NCBI RefSeq assembly: GCF_002113885.1
Contig: NW_018407426.1
Span: 809,938 to 873,937, forward strand
Reading direction: 5' to 3'
Origin: Mizuhopecten yessoensis
Taxonomy: Eukaryota
DNA length: 64,000 nt
The notes under the pieces were generated by a model that had not been told where the DNA came from, did no database searches, and saw only the letters and a list, made by a program, of their open reading frames with translations. A program made the position numbers and the translations under genes. How positions within the stretch are numbered: the stretch's first letter is position 1; every line of letters starts with the position of its first letter. Of the stretch, positions 1-10,930 are shown piece after piece.

Positions 1-446
1 ATGCTACAGGCCCAATATCAGTACCCTGGGCCATTTGGTTATTGAGAAGAAGTTGTTTGAAGATTTTAAAGACATCTGACACCAGTGACCTTGAAAGTGG
101 GTCAAGGTCATTCATTTGAACAAACTTGTTAGCCCTTCATCCCAGCATGCTACAGGCCCAATATCAGTACCCTGGGCCTTTTTGGTTATTGAGAAGAAGT
201 TGTTTGAATATTTTAACATATTTGACCCCTGTGACCTTGAAAGTGGGTCAAGGTCATTTATTCGAACAAACTTGGTAGCCCTTGATCCCAGCATGCTACT
301 GGCCAAATATAATCTTCCTAGGCCTTTTGGTTATTGAGAAGAAGTTGTTTAAAGCAAAAAGTTGACGCCGGACGGACGCCGGACGGACGGACGGACCCCG
401 CACCATAACATAAGCTCACTTGCCCTTCGGGCAGGTGAGCTTAAAA
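1..446 (+). mobile_element. Pearl/HINE-like (non-autonomous Helentron-type) element, 3' part
   Basis: About 2.4 copies of a 146-bp core (ATGCTAC at 1, 147, 293), then a (GGAC)n microsatellite at ~365-396 and a terminal hairpin TAAGCTCACTTGCCC-TTC-GGGCAGGTGAGCTTA at 411-443. This modular layout matches bivalve pearl/HINE elements. Confidence 0.75.
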
Positions 447-1456
447 TTTGAAAACACAGATGAAAGACGACAGAAGACACACTATGACAAATGCTCATTT
501 GACTATTTTGGTCAAAGAGCCATAGAAGGTAAAAAACACAAGATTAAAACTTTAACAAATATTTTGGTAACCATGGTTACTAAAGACTGAGCTAACCATA
601 TAACATTTGGTTGTCATGACAACTAGATGCCAATTACTCACCAATGTTGCCCTAGCTGGTATTAAAAAGACAGAAATATTAGATTTCAAATTAGTCAATA
701 CAAAAACAGGTATTAGTAGGACTTAATTAAAATCAGTGTGTGCCTAGCTGGTTCTGGACGCACACCACAAATCATGTAACACCCCTAGGCCTGTAATGTT
801 ATATAGTAGGTTATATACAGCAGAAATATGGGTCAGTGAGTTAGATGGAATGGAGATTGGACTAGACGTCCTCAAACTTCACCAGTCTCTGTCCAGGCCT
901 GCACAGGATCGTGAAACAATCTTAAAATGAGCCAAACTTTCAATTACGGATATAATCCTATCTGAGATGAGCAGATAAAGTATTTCTATACGATATGTGC
1001 ATGTATTTAGTCTGTACAGTCACAATCTCATACAACACAAACATTTAAACAGCTTTTTGAGCTTGGACTAAAGGTTAAATACAACCTTGTATATTTGTAC
1101 CTGAAATTGGTCTTAGAGTTGACGCCCTTATACAATTTTTTAATTAAGAACTTCCTGAGCATTTTTAATTATTCTTTGGTAATAATGTGTGATCAATAAA
1201 TCCAAAACATTACATGCATTTATAAAGACATAATGTTAACATTTAGAAATTAGATCGGAACTCTTTTGTAATGAGGATACATATTACAGTAAGGTAACAT
1301 ACATCCTTAATTCTTCATAACCTGAGGCCTGTGTGGCAGGAGCTGAGTTTTAGTTTGAGGACTGATGTGTTTAGTCTAGTAGTGTTTAGTTGTACAACTA
1401 CGATATGAGAGTGTGAAGACAGCATGCCCGTGCATATATATGGTGATCAGTTATAC

Positions 1457-1548
1457 CTGTAGACGATTGTGTCGCTTAATGTACGACATCGTCTTTCTCT
1501 CTGCATCCACTAGTTGTTGCTGTAGGCGGGAGATCTGCTGGAAATTAT
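1457..1548 (-). CDS. ARMC9: ARMC9 coding exon 7 (DNFQQISRLQQQLVDAERKTMSYIKRHNRLQ); gene continues beyond the left edge
   Basis: ttgtcag acceptor, gtataa donor, 92 nt, phase 1 to 0, fitting the 28-nt micro-exon. Resembles vertebrate ARMC9 [25 protein letters not shown] (recalled). Confidence 0.9.
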
Positions 1549-2018
1549 CTGACAAAGACATATTATAGATATACGTTCCATTATCATACACACAGCAGGA
1601 AGACCTAGGACTCCATCAGTCTTGCCATCATCATTTCACATGTACAATGGACCATGTTATCACGGAGCTTATTAAAACAAGTATGGTAAAACTGATTTAA
1701 ACGGCATTAGGACCATGTCTGGTAATAAGCCCATCTATATATGTTGCAGTTCAGTAGGATTTTCAAGCCATTTCATATTGCCCATCCCCTGCTTGGAGTC
1801 AGAAATCATGTGTTTGTCCCAAGTTGAAAGCAGGATATATATGTAACACTATATATGGAAGATTTGTATAGCAGAAAACATTTTCATATGCATATTATAC
1901 ATGTATTATAAATTATATAGAGAAAAGTTGCGTCATAAAAGTGTATCTGCTCACTGGCAATTTTTTTGTTTTGATTCACGCAATCGTAATTGGTCATTGC
2001 CACTAACAAGATATGGGA

Positions 2019-2109
2019 TTAACTCATTCACCCATGAAATTTCATAATGAACTATTCCAACCTTAGAATTGGAAGAGTTCAAATGTGTCTTCAGGGGTAA
2101 CTGAGTTAA
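2019..2109. mobile_element. Tiny TTAA-flanked MITE (family 2)
   Basis: TTAA-CTCATTCACCC ... GGGGTAACTGAG-TTAA: imperfect terminal inverted repeats, about 83 bp between the TTAA sites. Confidence 0.55.
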
Positions 2110-2549
2110 GACAACAGCTGCTGAGTCAGTGCTGACATTGCTGAACCAGAAGGAATAACAAGATTCTGCGTAGTGACATGATATTATAGGTTATTTGGCT
2201 TCATGAAATTCAGACAAAGAAAGTCATATTTAAGTTTGTGACTTAAAATAGATTGGGCATTAAATCTTTCAGTACTTTATATTCATTTTATCATGATCTC
2301 AGAAATGAGCGAAACACACTCTTATTGATGCCACACGGTTCAGTGGTATACAGAAAAAATTAATTAGAAATGTTTACTTTGGCTAAGATTTAAGTGAAAC
2401 CACAAGTACTTTTAACTGATAAGCCACTTCTCCCCCCATTTTTACGAGAGATAGGGGGGGGGCGGGGGGGGCATCAATACAAACACCCTATGATAAAGAT
2501 GCCATTTTTGTCAAAGAGAGTGAAGCTGAATTATGAGTTTTTCATATTT

Positions 2550-2640
2550 TTAACCCTTTAACCACTTTAGACCATGATGGACTCATCCAGATGAATGTAT
2601 GGTAGAGTCTACTAAAGTTACCTAGGGGTGAAAGGGTTAA
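2550..2640. mobile_element. 83-bp TTAA-flanked piggyBac-type MITE (family 1)
   Basis: TTAA|CCCTTT ... AAAGGG|TTAA. A reverse-orientation copy of the same length lies at 63725-63807. Confidence 0.7.
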
Positions 2641-2694
2641 TTAACCAATTAAGTCACTCAGAGACCATGACATTCAACCAAAATGATAACTCAC

Positions 2695-2722
2695 CATCGT
2701 CATCTCCATCTTTGTTGCCTCG
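2695..2722 (-). CDS. ARMC9: ARMC9 coding exon 6, 28-nt micro-exon (RGNKDGDDD + G)
   Basis: gtaaacag acceptor preceded by a U12 branch point TTCCTTAAT; gtgagt donor. Its phase 0 to 1 is exactly what is needed to join exons 5 and 7. Confidence 0.85.
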
Positions 2723-2917
2723 CTGTTTACATTATTATTAAGGAATATATCCATAAAACAATAAATATCATACATGGATACAATTTCTACTACCGGTTAA
2801 TGTAATCAGCTTAAAAAATCTTTGCTAGTAAATACATCCAAAATAAATTATCAATTCATTCATGCATGTCTTTTTACAGATAAAACATGACAGTGTACCA
2901 TAAATCACCAAGGATAC
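2723..2917 (-). other. ARMC9: U12-type (minor spliceosome) GT-AG intron, 195 nt
   Basis: 5' splice site GTATCCTT (2917-2910), branch point TTCCTTAAT (2745-2737) about 15 nt from the AG, and no polypyrimidine tract. Confidence 0.9.
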
Positions 2918-3010
2918 ATATAGATCAAACAGTTTGGGTTGTGGAGTTGATTTCAGGGTTAATGTGAGAAACTTCTCAAGTCTGTTCTCTAGATCCTTAA
3001 TCCACGCATC
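2918..3010 (-). CDS. ARMC9: ARMC9 coding exon 5 (DAWIKDLENRLEKFLTLTLKSTPQPKLFDLY)
   Basis: ttttccag acceptor, 93 nt, phase 0/0. Resembles vertebrate [31 protein letters not shown] (recalled). Confidence 0.9.
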
Positions 3011-3787
3011 CTGGAAAACAGACAAAAACCTCAGAGTAACTTTGCAACTGGCAGTCATCTTAATTTAACAGAAAGCCTTTTCATAATTTTCATACACATC
3101 TGAATTCTCTTATTAACAAGACGACAATGGGCCTTAACTTGAATGAAATTATGAATGATACACATAAGGTTGTTGAGTAGATCTAACTTCATATGGATAT
3201 AAGTTCAATGGGGAAAATGGGTACTTAAGTTGACTTCAGTGATTATGTCAAATGTTGGTCTAAATCTACAGGTATTCCAAACAAAAGTTGTTTGAAAGTT
3301 TGTACTAAGTGACCCCTATGAGCACACTCTACTGAGGGGGGGGGGGGGGGGGGGGGGNAGTATAAATTCTGATCAACATCATCTAAAGAGGAGATGTATT
3401 TTGAAGGTTTTGCAATAAGTGAAGCCCTATGAGCACCTTGGGTTGGATTGGGGGTATCAGCCCCTTCTTAAGGGTAAATGCTGATCTTCATGATACACTA
3501 AGTCCAGAGAAGACATTAATGCTGTTTGTTATGTTCTGAAACTATCATATTCATATCATTTAGCCTGTAGGCTACACAGCCAAAATGGAACAATGAAAAT
3601 CTTGTACCTGTTGTTGGGAACAACATATTTAAATCAAATTTCTGCTTTCATTCTATTTCTTTCACCAAATACATAACAGTATCTAGATACAATATATACT
3701 GTCCATCATACAAATGTTTTCTCGTCATGAGAAAACAGATTATTACATACTTCCAAATATTTTTTTTCGAACCACTTTCAATTTGTA

Positions 3788-4215
3788 TACTGTATAAGCA
3801 CTTTAAATTCGCGGGGTCGATATTTCACTCTTTCGAATTTGCAGGGGTTAAATTTCGCTGTGCACCAGAATCCTATTTATTATGCAGAGTATTTTTTGAG
3901 TGTCATCATTTAAGGGTTAAACCTCGAAATGCAGGTAAACCGATTGCAAACACTGATCATAAATATGATGTGGCCACTTATATGTAAGTGTTGTTTTTAC
4001 ATGGACTGCCCAGTTGCCCGGTGATAAATCTGATTTTAGTTCATTTAAGCTTGCATAACAGCATTGGGTTATAAGTGTTTTCAACATGTTGTGATAAGGT
4101 CTGCAAAAGTGGTTAACATTTTTGATAACTTTGCTGGTGTTCAGAATTTGTGGATATTAGTCAAAGCGTGAATATTGCGAAATTAAACCCCCCACAAAAT
4201 ATAACCGCTCATAAC
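3788..4215. mobile_element. Degenerate TACTGTA-type MITE in an ARMC9 intron
   Basis: Left end TACTGTATAAGCACTTTAAATTCGCGGGGT; loosely complementary right end GCGAAATTAAACCCCCCACAAAATATAACCGCTCATA; internal TTTCGC/GCGAAA motifs. Confidence 0.4.
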
Positions 4216-4308
4216 GCTTAAAAGGAAGAAAATAAAAGTTTATACTTCACAGTCAGAACCTTTTAAAACGTATCAATTTTGGAATCGGTCAGTAGTCAAT
4301 CTACGTAC

Positions 4309-4458
4309 TGTAAAGAGTTCTTTATAAGAGGGATGACTCTTGGCATTAGGTACAAACGGAAGGGCGTAGAATGGGAGAAACTCAGTCGTCTGGCTTAGAG
4401 AGGCACCACGGTTCTCCAAGTACTTCTTAAAGTCTGTCATACAGCGGTCACCTTCTCT
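4309..4458 (-). CDS. ARMC9: ARMC9 coding exon 4 (REGDRC...[33 protein letters not shown])
   Basis: Contains the diagnostic ARMC9 motif [18 protein letters not shown]. ttcag/gtacgt boundaries, 150 nt. Confidence 0.95.
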
Positions 4459-5231
4459 CTGAATAGACATGAGAACTTCTATGATATAACTACTGTAAAT
4501 TATTTACGCTTCACAATGTATTTATTTTGGAGTAAATTTGTTAATAGCAGAGCAGAAAGCAAATTGAAACATATCTTGAATATTTGACTAAAAACTAAAG
4601 TAACGATATACATGTATATACTAGTTTTTCTTCATTTCAGAAATAACAACAAAATAAGTATTGTGAAAATTCATTAATTTAGACCATATAAGAGTAATTG
4701 AATCAACTTCAGCTCTCCTGTCCATTCTCTTATCATCCATCTATATATTTATATGCACCATCTTCAACTACAGCATCCCAAACCATGTTTTAAAAGTAAG
4801 ATTGGTTCCAACAATTTTAAAATCCTATTTTTAATGTAATAAAAAAAATAAAGACATTTTTCATCACTTATCTTAACTGTTGTTATTTGGGGGGTTTTCA
4901 TTACTATATAAGGGAATGCAACAATTTTATTTTATTCAAAGATTGAAATAATGTTCTGTTTAGTCTGTTTCGAAAAAAAACACATCTTTGATACAGATCA
5001 GTGCATCCTTTATATTAGATTTATCTTAAACCAATTTATCACAATTCAATGGTACATAATTTTCATATATAAATTGAACTAGTGCTATATGGACTAAAAA
5101 ATGTTGAATAACTATTTTTCTGATTAGGAAATTTTCATTCTAGAGTTAAAACATTAATTAGTTTAATGAAAGCATTACTTTTTACAAATCATAATGTGGT
5201 TATCAAAGTAATTCATCTACTGTGAACTCAC

Positions 5232-5399
5232 CTGTCCCCTGCCAAACTTTATAGGATAAATAGCAAAGTAAATGTTGAGATAAAATTCAAGCTTCTTTGC
5301 TACAGCATCTGAATCTCTGACGTTTGGGGGCAGGTGCTCATTCCAAAGTTTGAAGCAGCGGTCACGCTTGCCTTTGTGGAACTGCTGCATAAGGTCATT
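5232..5399 (-). CDS. ARMC9: ARMC9 coding exon 3 (NDLMQQFHKGKRDRCFKLWNEHLPPNVRDSDAVAKKLEFYLNIYFAIYPIKFGRGQ)
   Basis: ttgtag/gtgagt boundaries, 168 nt, phase 0/0. KLEFYLxIxFAIY motif of ARMC9. This frame is not in the supplied ORF track. Confidence 0.93.
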
Positions 5400-6005
5400 C
5401 TACAACACCAGATAATGACAGTTCTTACAATTATGACACCAGAATGAAGACATTTATCATGATACCATGATGTTGCATAGAAGACAGGCATGAAGTCTAA
5501 CTTGTAATTCAGAAGACTTGATGATGATCTGGGAGGAAATATTCTTTTTACAAACATTTGCATACATTTTCTCTGTGTTTGATCTTAATGGCAGACCTAT
5601 AGACAAACACCAAGAAAAAACTATTGTCTGTAAAGTGCTAAACACGACTGTGAAATAATTGCCATTTCACATAATAATTAATTAACTTGAAATCTTAGGA
5701 TTTCATCCTATCTCGAATATCCCAAATTATTTTCATTTTTTGTTTTTTAAATACAGACAGGCGAATGGCTTGGACAGTTGGTGTTTTTTTTTATCATACT
5801 GTTCCAATTCAGCGACACAATGTTTCCACAGCAGTGTTCTCACTAAAGTTTAGATTTGGGGGTATATTTGATACATTTTCGAGATTTTGTACTCATAGGT
5901 AGCCAGTTACATAGGGTAGTTGTTGAAAACTAGGGGTACAACTACCTGTTTTGAGGGTTTCTGGGAACCCGCTACAGTACCCCAATATGTAAGACTGAGT
6001 GTTAC

Positions 6006-6131
6006 CTGAATGGCCAGGAGCTTTTGGTTGGATTTAGACTTGATACTGTGGGATGTAACAGGTTTTTTCTTTTGGTCACATTCTTTCTGGAAAGTTGACA
6101 ATGTTCGATCAAATCCTCCGAAGTCCAAAAA
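6006..6131 (-). CDS. ARMC9: ARMC9 coding exon 2 (FLDFGGFDRTLSTFQKECDQKKKP...LLAIQ), LisH motif
   Basis: ttttcag/gtaaca boundaries, 126 nt. Completes the LisH motif LNAIVQE-FLDFGGFDRTLSTFQKEC. Confidence 0.93.
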
Positions 6132-6636
6132 CTGAAAAGAAACAAGTCACAAATTGTTACGTAGGGAATTTTAGAGTATTTGATTGTCACTGTTCAAACT
6201 TCAGTGGTTTTTACAATAATATTTTCAAATCAAACTTTTGGAATATATCTATACCTGTATTACATGAATTTAGTATAATACCAGGTAGATTAAACATCGT
6301 TCTAAACTTTTGTTATTAGAACTTATAACTATTTTCTTGAATTGGCTGATGAATTTAAACAATAATTTTATTTTTTAAACTTTATCATTTAATTTCCTCT
6401 CAATCCTTAAGATATCAGAAAAACAAGAAAAAAGCATTAGAAAATACCTTCCAAACAACACCAAAAGCCAGAACAATTGACATGTAATAATATTTGCATA
6501 ATATCATTGGCATTGTCTACGTTTGAGGATCAACTCAAAAATCACAAATTAGACACAGCAGCAAAGATGAATGTCTTAAACTTGTCCTTAGCATTTATGT
6601 TTAATTTAAACCCTAACCTAAAATTATTGATAATAC

Positions 6637-6696
6637 CTCTTGAACAATGGCATTGAGTTCCCCCTCAAAAGACACAACAGATAACGACCCAGACAT
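6637..6696 (-). CDS. ARMC9: ARMC9 first coding exon (MSGSLSVVSFEGELNAIVQE)
   Basis: ATG at 6696, gtatta donor, 60 nt. An acceptor (ttttgcag) ending at 6724 implies an upstream non-coding exon. Confidence 0.88.
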
Positions 6697-7594
6697 CTTT
6701 GGGCGTTAGGTATTCAGGGTTGTCTGCAAAATAAAATTCAAAAATATGACTCATTTATATTTACACATTGTCAGCTCTTGTAAGCCTCAAAACGGTAATC
6801 TATGTGAAGATGATTCTAACATATGCAAGGGCCAAAACACTGAGTCCCATGCATGAATCCCTTAATGTTAATGTTGGTCAGTGCAATTTGTCTTGAGTTC
6901 CGAGGTCCTGGCCCTGGTGGACCGTCTGGTGGTTGCATTTGAACTTACATGAACCATCATATATAAAAATGTAAATATTTAATAACTTTAAACTTGATTT
7001 GATTATGACACTGTATTTATATACCATATGCTTCAGATAACTGTGATTTGCTTTAAATTTGAATCAATCGCTCATATGACTGAGATTGTTGGAGCATCGT
7101 TCTGTAAATATTCTTTGTTTTATCAATCGTAAACACATGTACACAAAACACTGATATCACAAGAGCAAACATTTAATATGTGAATAATAATTGCATTTTT
7201 GAATAAACATATATACAGAATAATTAATATAGAAAGATCAGTCGCCTGATTCAATTTACATATAAAACATACAAGGTGGGTTTTTTCTGGCTGTGTGAAC
7301 GCCTGAGTGATTTCCTATTGAGAAAGGAAAATGTGCTGACACTTTTAGAAGTTTAAAACCCACTTCCGAAATTGAATTTGCATTTTAGTTTTTTATAGTA
7401 GATGTTTAGTTTTTGATGCCATCAATTTGTATATCATATTGAAAATAAATATGTACTCTCTGAACTGTATAACTGATTTCTAAACATTATCAGGGCTTTC
7501 AAAAAACCCTTGAGTGTGTTTTTGACTCTCCTTAATTCAGTTTAATTAAATTAATTTAATATAACTCTTGATTTTGACCAAATACGATCGATAT

Positions 7595-8168
7595 CCATGG
7601 CATAGTTCTACAGAAGAAGTCGTTTATAGCAATATAGCAAAATTGCCCCCTTTTGGCCCTGCCCCTAAGCCCCCTTATGGAGGGTCAGTCCCACCATTTG
7701 TACAATTTTGAATCCCCACCACCATATAGGGATGCTTCCAGTAATGTATGGCTGATATCCATCTCTTAGTTCCAGAGAAGAAGTTTCTTAAAGCAATAGA
7801 GCCAAATAACCTTTTTTGGCCCCGCCCCTCAGCCCCCTGGAGGGTCAGCCAAACCATTTGTACATTTTTGAATCCCTGCCTCCCATGAATGCTTTTGATT
7901 AATTATGAATGATATCCAGTGTATAGTTCTACAGAAGAAGTCGTTTGTAGCAATATAGCCAAATTGCCCCCTTTTAGCCCCGCCCCTCAGCCCCACCATT
8001 TGTACAATTTTAAATCACCACCACCTAGGGATGCTTCCAGTCAAATTAGTTAAATTCCAATCAGTGGTTAAGAAGAAGTTGTTTAAAGTAATTGTTGACG
8101 TACGGACGATGGACGCAACGGCATGGCATAAGCTCACCTTGGTCCTTCGGAACCCGGTGAGCTAAAAA
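7595..8168 (+). mobile_element. Second pearl/HINE-like element with a ~160-bp core
   Basis: Core repeats (TAGTT...GAAGAAGT at ~7604, 7767, 7924), GACG-rich tract at ~8097-8120, terminal hairpin AGCTCACCTTGGTCC-TTC-GGAACCCGGTGAGCT at 8131-8163, similar to the one at 411-443. Confidence 0.7.
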
Positions 8169-9157
8169 GGAAATAGCTGTGTGTACATGTTCTGCTATTA
8201 TCAAACCAGAAAATACAGGTAGGGTGTGCTGGTCAGTTACTGAAAATATTTTAATGTTGTATCTTAAACTGCCAATATTGAACACAATTTATAAGTCTGA
8301 AAGTAAATGCCAATGTCTGCTTTAATTTGCTTTAAGATCACACTTCTAATGCTAATAGGCATTGATATCAAATTCAAGTTAAAATAATGTGCATAACTGT
8401 CTTGTCATTCAAAACAAGACAGACCAGGCTTTTGAATATCATCTGTCTGCGGCATTATGCTTATTTAATGTAATGAAAACCTAGTACAGGGCTTTGTACC
8501 AACTGTTGCCAAAAAGGTGATCTTTCATGAGGAATACTAACACATTCAGTACAATAATACACATATAACATGTTTAGATTCTTGAAATTTTGACACTATT
8601 TCCTCACCCTAATAGCTTTAATAATTAATTAAATTAATTAAATCTCATTGTCTGTGTCAGGATACTTTATATATAGGCCTATATGCAAGTGCATTCTTTA
8701 TACAGATTAATATCAATTTAACAAGAAACTTGATTTTAGATTATTTTTTAAATGAGTTAATATGCATTATGAGAACACATTTCAAGAAAGACACCGTTTG
8801 GCGACAACTGCTACAAAACATTATATATTTCTTCAATCAAGAACGGCTCTGTAAAGCAGGACGTTTTATGTCCCCGTAAACTTGGATTATCTCCAAACGA
8901 TTTGGAACAATCCCCAATAGACAATGCGACCGATGACCCATGCATACAGAGCCAAATCGGTCGATGGCGGTCTGTAACGAATTCACACCACAAATTGACA
9001 CAACGTTGAGTCACGTTCTATATACTATAAAAAGTGAATACGCTACTAACACGTGGAGGAATCAAGATGTTTAGGTACAAGCCGCTGCACTGTGAAGTGA
9101 GCTTCAGATCATGATGAATGGGGACCGCTCTACCGTGTATGATGTTGTTCTCCTCAC

Positions 9158-9330
9158 CCTGGACGTGAAGTAAACAATGATCACGGTTGTAACAGTGCTT
9201 GCAAAAGCATAAATTCCTTTCCGTTCAAACGCACAAGCGACGAAGTTCGAGATAATTCTCGCGCGAAACGAGATTGAACCTGAGGCTGAGACTTGCACAA
9301 GTTCGGTCTTTCTCGTTATAATTTATAAAT
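9158..9330 (-). promoter_or_regulatory. ARMC9: Candidate ARMC9 non-coding first exon / promoter
   Basis: Locally CpG-rich stretch with a donor CAGG|GTGAGG at 9158/9157, upstream of the acceptor at 6724. Inference only. Confidence 0.4.
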
Positions 9331-10930
9331 GATTTTTACTATCCCGGGTAGTAAAGCTCTAAATAGTTTGGGGCGGAAAGTGCACACCCATACGCAAATG
9401 CATAACTGCAAATATTATAACGTTAAATGCATAAATTTTATTTTGGATAAATATATGATAAATTATTTTTTTATACTCATTCAAACGCATTATTCGATTT
9501 TTGGATATAAGTTTTGACCTGCAATTGAACGCATTATATTTGGGGTATGCTATATAATTAATCGAAAGGAAAGTAGTTTTGCCAAGGAGATTTTTTTTTT
9601 TTTTTGTGCTCAATTTTACCAGAGACGTATAAACGTCTCTGAAGAATTAAATTGTTTGGCGATGTCACTGTTGTAAATCTTCTTTGCATATGCTTTTTTT
9701 TTTTTTTTTTTTTTTTTGGAATCAAATTTTNCAATAGACAAGCTGAAGGCCGTGTGTGAAAAGTGATTAGTTTATCACAAGCTCCTCCGTCTACGTGGAA
9801 AATGAACTCTCACATGGCTCATAATCTAGATGAAAACTAATTATGTTATGCAATAAAATTAAAGTTAGCTGTGTCCAATTTTTTTCCGAAAGACATCTCG
9901 ATCTCTTCTTTGTACCCTCTCTTACCTACAATTCTTTCTTGTCATATGTATACTTGAGTAGCTCTAACATTGCGTGATATGTATTGTAATCAATCAATCT
10001 TTGTCGTAGAGGACTTCAATAAGTTTGCAAAACTTGTGTCCAATTCGTTTGCAACATCTGTTATTTGCAATAAAATATGTTTAAATCAAATCAATTAAAT
10101 CACAGTGCGTAGCTTCAAATTCTTCTGGTATGATACAATGATACACATTTCTGTGATATCACGCCTAGCTCCTTGGTGACGTGGGCCGTTTTCGTTTAAA
10201 CGGTTGAACCGGTCGGACCACAGTTGTTCGTTTGTTAAATAAGGTCGGACCTAGTAGTCAGGCGAGCCTTGACAAATCCTTGCAAGGCCTGCATATACCC
10301 GAAATTGTTATATTGAAAAACGGACAAACCGGTTGTTCCGCATAAACGAACGGGACCATGGGTTCTTTACCGTTTTTGACTACTCTGGTGATGATACCAC
10401 TAGTATTCGATGGGACTTAATCATGTAGTTAACGATGGATGGGTACACTATGGGCGAGTACTTAATATCTTAATTACGGTATTTGGTGAGAGTCCGACTG
10501 CATTTTCATCGCATTTTGATCTTCTTCATATACATGTATATGCTGTGTTAAGATGCGGGGAGTTGTTTTACATCAGGACGTTTTCTATCAACATAACGTT
10601 ATCCTCATCTCGTATGTAAACTTATCATTGTGTTGTTTTCTGTAGAGGTCGCCAGTGATTTCCTCAGAGGTTATTTTAATATCTCATTTCATTACTAGTG
10701 ATCCTGTATTGGTATTGTGTTTATGTTTTACTTTGTTTTATTTTGTGAGGCTATATAATAGTTTCCTGTCTCCGCTGGTAGAATATCTTATTTTACAGCA
10801 AAAATTTGTATGTATGTCGAAGAAGTATTGTCGTTTGCTCGTCTTGAGTCGACTCATTTTGTAAAGAGTATACTTGCCCATTCCATTTTTTTCTGGGTTT
10901 TGCCGTAGTATGGTAGGAAGCTATTGGTTA

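Noticed and set aside
642-655. Possible extra ARMC9 micro-exon (cag|CTAGGGCAACATTG|gtgagt on the minus strand)
   Set aside because: 14 nt (or 10 nt from the alternative AG) has no ARMC9 similarity and would shift the frame before the expected ADYHNL-like exon. Cannot be supported without RNA data.
10183-10357. Degenerate TIR element (GGGCCGTTTTCGTTTA ... TAAACGAACGGGACC)
   Set aside because: Arms are too diverged, with no clear TSD or second copy in the window.
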